From the IMG/VR virus record IMGVR_UViG_3300035696_001272: a DNA stretch of 64,000 nt. One strand, written 5' to 3'. The first letter of the stretch is position 1, and the number at the start of each line of letters is the position of its first letter. The translations under genes and the position numbers were made by a program. The stretch comes from a virus (taxonomy: Duplodnaviria > Heunggongvirae > Uroviricota > Caudoviricetes). Below are positions 60,201 to 64,000 of this stretch, piece after piece. The notes below the pieces were generated by a model. It saw only the letters and a program-made list of their open reading frames with translations, was not told where the DNA came from and did no database searches.

Positions 60201-60788
60201 AATGCTTTGGCCGATGATCAAATTAGATTCTCTGTTGCCGTTCAGTCCTTCTCTCCTAATATAAACGGTGAAAGTTCTGACGGATATTTCGGAGCTATCG
60301 TTGATGGTAAGATGGGCGTCAGTATGGATTTCGATACTGGATTGCTAACTCTAAACTTCAGCAATTTGTATCAAGATCAAGTACTACAGACTTTGAGTAC
60401 CAAAGTACAAGTTAACGTCTTCCTAAAGAAGGGCGGATTCAATAACCAAACTCTATTTGTGGATTCTACACAAGTAGGTAACATATTGAATTTGATCAGC
60501 ATCTTTAGCGGAGCCAATGTCGGCGGTCCATCAGCTTTGGTAGATTTGCAGAACGATATAGCTCCAGATAGTATTCTACCAATTTTGAATGGTGGTACTG
60601 GACTGGATAACGTAGGTGCTTTTGGTACTGTATTAACGAGTACCGGTAGTGGCGTCAGTTATCAATTCGTAACAGCTGCTAGTGTGGAGTATAATCCGGC
60701 TAGCTCAGCAAATTGGAATAATAATCCTCCAACAACTATTCAAGCGGCACTGGATCGTATTGCGGCTATGATAGGTCCAATTACATAA
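57231..60788 (+). CDS. Baseplate/fibre-attachment protein with dockerin-like Ca-binding loops, 1185 aa
   Basis: N-terminal WYDSQQVDETDMNSEQ resembles baseplate-anchoring starts; GDVDGNGIIDDNDLNLLNSFL and ADIDGDFAITFSDGYLLDSYI; 5 DGY. Confidence 0.6.
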   Translation: MTKRAPVSVQRPIWYDSQQVDETDMNSEQTANVTIESSTIDNHVGNGVLPEDLVNHVLFDSSLAVGFLDGLAIQTQSQPSDNNFGNQLAITLSNSTASGKRQVKVCVIGLDFNSALQYEEFYFETNETQVSRRHFTEILVLLFNDFIGDPDLSFNLGGRIVISEASPMTLSRDVIMIAQDQQPNLFFRDFFLDPSISQLTLQAMLQAAMPLYNVTDLNIYTEPLDNLVLSSGDVTTQIGQKFQATTNNIEKVTLLLSVRNLSAGQQNNLVWTGDIIVSIYPLQTTIDCPTDLVPNQAIQFSPSNIPIAQISYNYNSLLAAGTLLDSVPQPVDFVFSNSSVAGGNVMTVGQYYAVAMKRSGAANQCDILLAVGQDLVPNSEITTFSGNLWVDIPDEDLWFRIWTDAAKVSDGQAYDQGNGVIIPKTTTDPTTQATIDYIFGQQEFVGGDVFSAVLAAVTQDSDPVPDQRTGNPVDSRQQFVPQVTLLNTIDVTNLENSSEPLILGAISDRNIKFFDPSQATSNAPLFSATMAKDELLIRIVEDPTDAVRFNTQVNALVTSLLNGNLVGAEIIPDASKPTAFYRIAGARLCSMIVGDVDGNGIIDDNDLNLLNSFLGYNLNVGLPAHTVITTDGYTTTFTNGYQTLTQPFSNLFNISFQLIDPNDGYVVAHGSDGVLVANPTDPTLAQFTSASVSFVDIIGLSSYNLVILSNGANEADWGGWVITALDSTADVLTLQKIYLTGDTIAQMLRADIDGDFAITFSDGYLLDSYIERVQNPVIPPPLYPAPTTNPYNKIGTRFNVIRLRLEEFVDRADDYASDPNTRAQSVHPIQDIFDGDGYFASHNFYTGPSQMIFMQQLIWDPTLVVASALPRLVPAVFTSETGFVQNSCTIEGVQCNVYPVVQPFDPGRVDFFVPNNLIIGEGGELQRPDGDFYKVDFEVGSIVLEIPDGLFGTERTIDIMTDFIVDYTGNGATRLGFPSMRFADCSFVTANALADDQIRFSVAVQSFSPNINGESSDGYFGAIVDGKMGVSMDFDTGLLTLNFSNLYQDQVLQTLSTKVQVNVFLKKGGFNNQTLFVDSTQVGNILNLISIFSGANVGGPSALVDLQNDIAPDSILPILNGGTGLDNVGAFGTVLTSTGSGVSYQFVTAASVEYNPASSANWNNNPPTTIQAALDRIAAMIGPIT

Positions 60789-60800
60789 TAATTTCGGACC

Positions 60801-60829
60801 TTGACAGATAATTTTTAAAGTTATACTAT
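60801..60829 (+). promoter_or_regulatory. Sigma70-type promoter
   Basis: Perfect TTGACA (60801-60806), 17-nt spacer, TACTAT (60824-60829), upstream of glycosyltransferases. Confidence 0.6.
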
Positions 60830-60875
60830 TACGCACGGGCCAGAGTCCAAATTTATTCCTGATATAGAAGCCTCT

Positions 60876-62012
60876 ATGAAGATTTGTTGGTTTGGATTTC
60901 TTGGTAGAAATCATAGTTGGTCTATTGTTGCGCAAAACCTATCCAGAGAATTTATTAGGATGGGGCATCATGTTGATCTTTTTTCCACTAATGGTACTGA
61001 CCATTTCCCCGAAGACTTAAAACCATATCTCAAGGGAGTCGCTGAAGAAGACTTCGTCATTACCCCCGAAAATTATCACAAATTAGTTGGCTCTAAATTA
61101 GATCCACAATATGATATGCAGATGTCATACACGGCACTTCGTAATTTTTGTCATTTTTTCGTACGTGGTGAAAAGAATAGATTTGGTATTTGGAACTACG
61201 AAACGACAATTCTGCCAAAAGCCTTTGCTAAGTATTATCGTTGTGTAGATAAGGTGTTACCTTCTTCACAGTTTTCTAAAAAGATTTTCACCGATAATGG
61301 AATGCCGGCTGACCATCAAGTGGTGGTACCTCACGGTATTTATCTAGAGCGATTTATGAATCTCGGCAAATATCCTTTGAAGACTAAAAAGAAGTACAAG
61401 ATACTAGCCAATATTGCACAGCCTCATTTAAGAAAGAATATACCTGGTTTATTAAGGGCGTACGGTAAGGCATTTACCAGTCAAGACGATGTTTGTTTAG
61501 TCTTGAAGGTATCTCGTAAAAGTCCACAACCAGGATTCGATGTACCGTTCAATGACATTTTCAATCAATGGAAGAAGACTTTTCCAAAACATGCAGAAGT
61601 TGAGATCATTGATAAATTCATAACTGATATTGAGCCACTGTATAACGCATGCGATGTAGTCTTTACCATGTCCCACGCTGAATGTTTTTGGATGCCAGGA
61701 CTGGAAGGATTCGCTGCCAATAAGATTGTAGTTTCCCCTCGTTATGGTGGTCAATTGGATTTTATGAATGATGATAACTCTATTCTGATAGATGGTAAAG
61801 AAATGAGAGCCGATTTAAGGATGCAATATTGGGAACCATCATCATTCGCTAAGGTATTTAATCCTGATGTTGATCAGGCTGCTACTAAGTTGAGAGATGT
61901 TATCAAAAACTATGATGACTATCTCAAAAAGTTTTCGCCTAGTATGCAAGAGTTGGTACAAAAATATACTTGGGAGAACGCAGCTAAACAAATAATAGGA
62001 TTGTGCAAATGA
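60876..62012 (+). CDS. GT-B fold glycosyltransferase (GT4-like)
   Basis: RKNIPGLLRAY, LYNACDVVFTMSHAECFWMPGLEGFAANKIVV (E-x7-E motif). Confidence 0.9.
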   Translation: MKICWFGFLGRNHSWSIVAQNLSREFIRMGHHVDLFSTNGTDHFPEDLKPYLKGVAEEDFVITPENYHKLVGSKLDPQYDMQMSYTALRNFCHFFVRGEKNRFGIWNYETTILPKAFAKYYRCVDKVLPSSQFSKKIFTDNGMPADHQVVVPHGIYLERFMNLGKYPLKTKKKYKILANIAQPHLRKNIPGLLRAYGKAFTSQDDVCLVLKVSRKSPQPGFDVPFNDIFNQWKKTFPKHAEVEIIDKFITDIEPLYNACDVVFTMSHAECFWMPGLEGFAANKIVVSPRYGGQLDFMNDDNSILIDGKEMRADLRMQYWEPSSFAKVFNPDVDQAATKLRDVIKNYDDYLKKFSPSMQELVQKYTWENAAKQIIGLCK

Positions 62013-62779
62013 CATTTACAGTAAAAGAAAAGATTGGTCAAGCCATCGTTAATCCACGCGGCATTTGGAGAAAACTTAGTATTGTTATTCCAATTTTCAA
62101 TAAATGGAATTTTACCAAGTCTTGTCTAAAGGACCTAATTAGACTGCCAGATGATCATGAGGTTATTATCATAGATAATGGTAGTAGTGACGAAACCAAT
62201 AAAGAACTTGTTCCGTTCTGCAATGAATTACTTGGGCAGAATCCAAATCAATGTTGGATTAGGTGTGTCCAAAATACTGAAAATACTTTCCATTCCAAAG
62301 CCTGTAATCAAGGTTACAAAATGGCAAATGGTGACAACATTTTGTTCCTAAACAACGACGTTAAAGTAAGGCAAAACCACACAGATTGGACCAAGGTTAT
62401 CACAGACGCTTGCGCATCCACCAACGGCTTAGTCGGTCCAACTATGGGTCAACTGGATAAGGATTTGAATTTCGTTAAAGAAGCAAATGAACAGCTTACT
62501 GGTAATTCTTACTTAGGTGGATGGTGTATTGCTGCCAAAAAAGATGTTTGGAAACAACTTGATGTAGACGGAACTGACCAAATTTGGAATGAAGAGTTTC
62601 CATTCTATTTCAACGATACAGATTTAAGCTTTCGAGCCCGTAAGAAACAAATTCCTCTAACCGTCGTTTCTTTGCCAGACATTGTTCATTTTGGTAAGAT
62701 ATCAGCCGCCCAAATAAATATTCCTAAATTATACAAAGAAGGAAGACAAGTCTTCGTTAAAAAATGGGGTAATCGATAA
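62009..62779 (+). CDS. GT-A fold glycosyltransferase (GT2-like)
   Basis: LSIVIPIFN, IIIDNGSSDET, ACNQG, ILFLNND, YFNDTDLSFRA; start at ATG 62009 (ATGA overlap, AGGA RBS). Confidence 0.9.
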   Translation: MTFTVKEKIGQAIVNPRGIWRKLSIVIPIFNKWNFTKSCLKDLIRLPDDHEVIIIDNGSSDETNKELVPFCNELLGQNPNQCWIRCVQNTENTFHSKACNQGYKMANGDNILFLNNDVKVRQNHTDWTKVITDACASTNGLVGPTMGQLDKDLNFVKEANEQLTGNSYLGGWCIAAKKDVWKQLDVDGTDQIWNEEFPFYFNDTDLSFRARKKQIPLTVVSLPDIVHFGKISAAQINIPKLYKEGRQVFVKKWGNR

Positions 62780-62785
62780 TCGATC

Positions 62786-63142
62786 ATGGAAGAGATTGTA
62801 GTCGGAAAACTAAAATTCACCAAATGGTATTTGTACCAAACCAGTATTACCAAAGATGAATGGAGACGCGATTGTCGTATTGATGCTGAAGAGGCGGTAA
62901 AGTATCCTGATAACCATGTGATTCTGATACGAGAAAAGGATATGAAGCCAGGAGCGAGTCTTGAAAGCATCGCCAGGGCACCATTCTTTTATAGGGTTAA
63001 TTTTCATGGCAGCGAGGCACGTAAGTTTGCCCCTTATTTTGACAAATTTGAGATTAGAGAAGACTTTAGCGATGTCGAGAGTGCCAAGAATTGTGTAGAT
63101 AATGCTTTGCTTAGACTCAATAAGTTGATGATATTCACGTGA
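62786..63142 (+). CDS. Hypothetical protein
   Basis: 118-aa ORF filling the gap in a co-directional operon. Confidence 0.6.
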   Translation: MEEIVVGKLKFTKWYLYQTSITKDEWRRDCRIDAEEAVKYPDNHVILIREKDMKPGASLESIARAPFFYRVNFHGSEARKFAPYFDKFEIREDFSDVESAKNCVDNALLRLNKLMIFT

Positions 63143-63152
63143 GGTAAATATT

Positions 63153-63986
63153 ATGCCAGAAGGCCCCGAAGTTAAATTGAGTGCGGATTTGATTAGACCA
63201 TTGGTAGTAAATAAAACATTAAAGAGCGCCCACTCTACGGCAAATAGTAGATACGGCGATAGTAGAAATGGGTATTCCAGCGAATTGGGGGAATTTGGAA
63301 GATTTCAAGATTTTACTATGGACACTAAAGTACTGAGTGTCGATGTTCGTGGTAAGTTTATGTACTGGACTTTTACTGATAACTGGTACATGTCTTGTAC
63401 CTTCGGTATGACTGGTCAATGGTCACCTCAAGAAGGTAAACATCCCTGTTTCATTTTTGAATTCACTGACGGCTCAAAAATGTGCTTCAATGATCACAGA
63501 CATTTTGGTACGATTAAGTTTACCAACAATCCGCAAGCTATTATGGATAAACTGGATGAGCTGGGTTGGGATCCTTTGTCGATGCATTTGGTAGATAATA
63601 TTCCGTGGCTTAAGTCCAAGCTGTCGCGGACTGGGAAGCCAATTGCTGAAGTTTTGATGGATCAAAGCGTTTTTGCAGGAGTTGGGAACTACATCAGGGC
63701 CGAAGCGTTATATCTATCTAAGATTTCACCATGGCGACCTGCTAATTTGCTGACCCCTGATGAAATTCTTCGACTTGGCCAATCAGTTGTTGGTGTAATG
63801 AACGAATCTTATCAACATCAAGGCGCAACCATTAGCACCTATAAAACTGCTTACGGTGAAGATGGTAACTACTCTACTCTATTCAAAGTTTATGGACAGA
63901 AAAAAGATCCATTGGGCAATGCAATTATTAAACAGAAGACACCAGATAAAAGAATAATTCACTGGTGTCCAAGCGTGCAAGTATAA
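63153..63986 (+). CDS. Fpg/Nei family DNA glycosylase/AP lyase
   Basis: N-terminal MPEGPEV, RGKFM, FGMTG, H2TH motif LMDQSVFAGVGNYIRAEALY; GAGG RBS. Confidence 0.95.
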   Translation: MPEGPEVKLSADLIRPLVVNKTLKSAHSTANSRYGDSRNGYSSELGEFGRFQDFTMDTKVLSVDVRGKFMYWTFTDNWYMSCTFGMTGQWSPQEGKHPCFIFEFTDGSKMCFNDHRHFGTIKFTNNPQAIMDKLDELGWDPLSMHLVDNIPWLKSKLSRTGKPIAEVLMDQSVFAGVGNYIRAEALYLSKISPWRPANLLTPDEILRLGQSVVGVMNESYQHQGATISTYKTAYGEDGNYSTLFKVYGQKKDPLGNAIIKQKTPDKRIIHWCPSVQV

Positions 63987-64000
63987 AGGTGTTTCATGTC

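Noticed and set aside
26198-60788. Bacterial extracellular contractile injection system, tailocin or T6SS locus
   Set aside because: A chaperone frameshift, probable neck genes, phage-type accessory genes and the absence of host housekeeping genes or an AAA ATPase favour a phage genome, although capsid and terminase are not in the window
1-64000. Alternative genetic code (stop-codon reassignment)
   Set aside because: Standard-code ORFs tile the window densely, up to 2384 aa, without fragmentation

Overview
The window is a gene-dense segment of a large contractile-tailed (myovirus-like, probably jumbo) bacteriophage genome using the standard genetic code. In order it holds: (i) repeat-rich fibre/decoration genes (1-7554); (ii) accessory genes (patatin, HNH, cold-shock protein, 2H phosphoesterase, HExxH-HAD fusion, a truncated tail-tube paralogue) mixed with probable neck genes (7.6-26 kb); (iii) a tail module with sheath, tube, chaperone pair with a -1 frameshift site, tape measure, tube initiator, hub, spike, gp25-like, and very large baseplate J and wedge proteins (26-60.8 kb); (iv) two glycosyltransferases, a hypothetical gene and an Fpg/Nei glycosylase. 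No capsid, portal, terminase, tRNA, rRNA or CRISPR array was recognised. The strongest unexplained signal is the tripeptide Asp-Gly-Tyr (DGY). By hand count it occurs 36 times in 10 structural proteins, with varied codons and at non-homologous positions, and not at all in the other half of the encoded protein, including tube, tape measure, hub and spike. This suggests a virion-wide modification or docking sequon, possibly served by the adjacent glycosyltransferases. Also notable are an opposite-strand tube paralogue lacking a loop, a recurrent TAWWT-N3-CAT promoter-like motif, domains shared between neck, sheath and baseplate proteins, a split dockerin-like domain, and an exact 183-bp duplication in the tape measure gene. 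All calls rest on motifs and synteny read by eye; no database searches were run.
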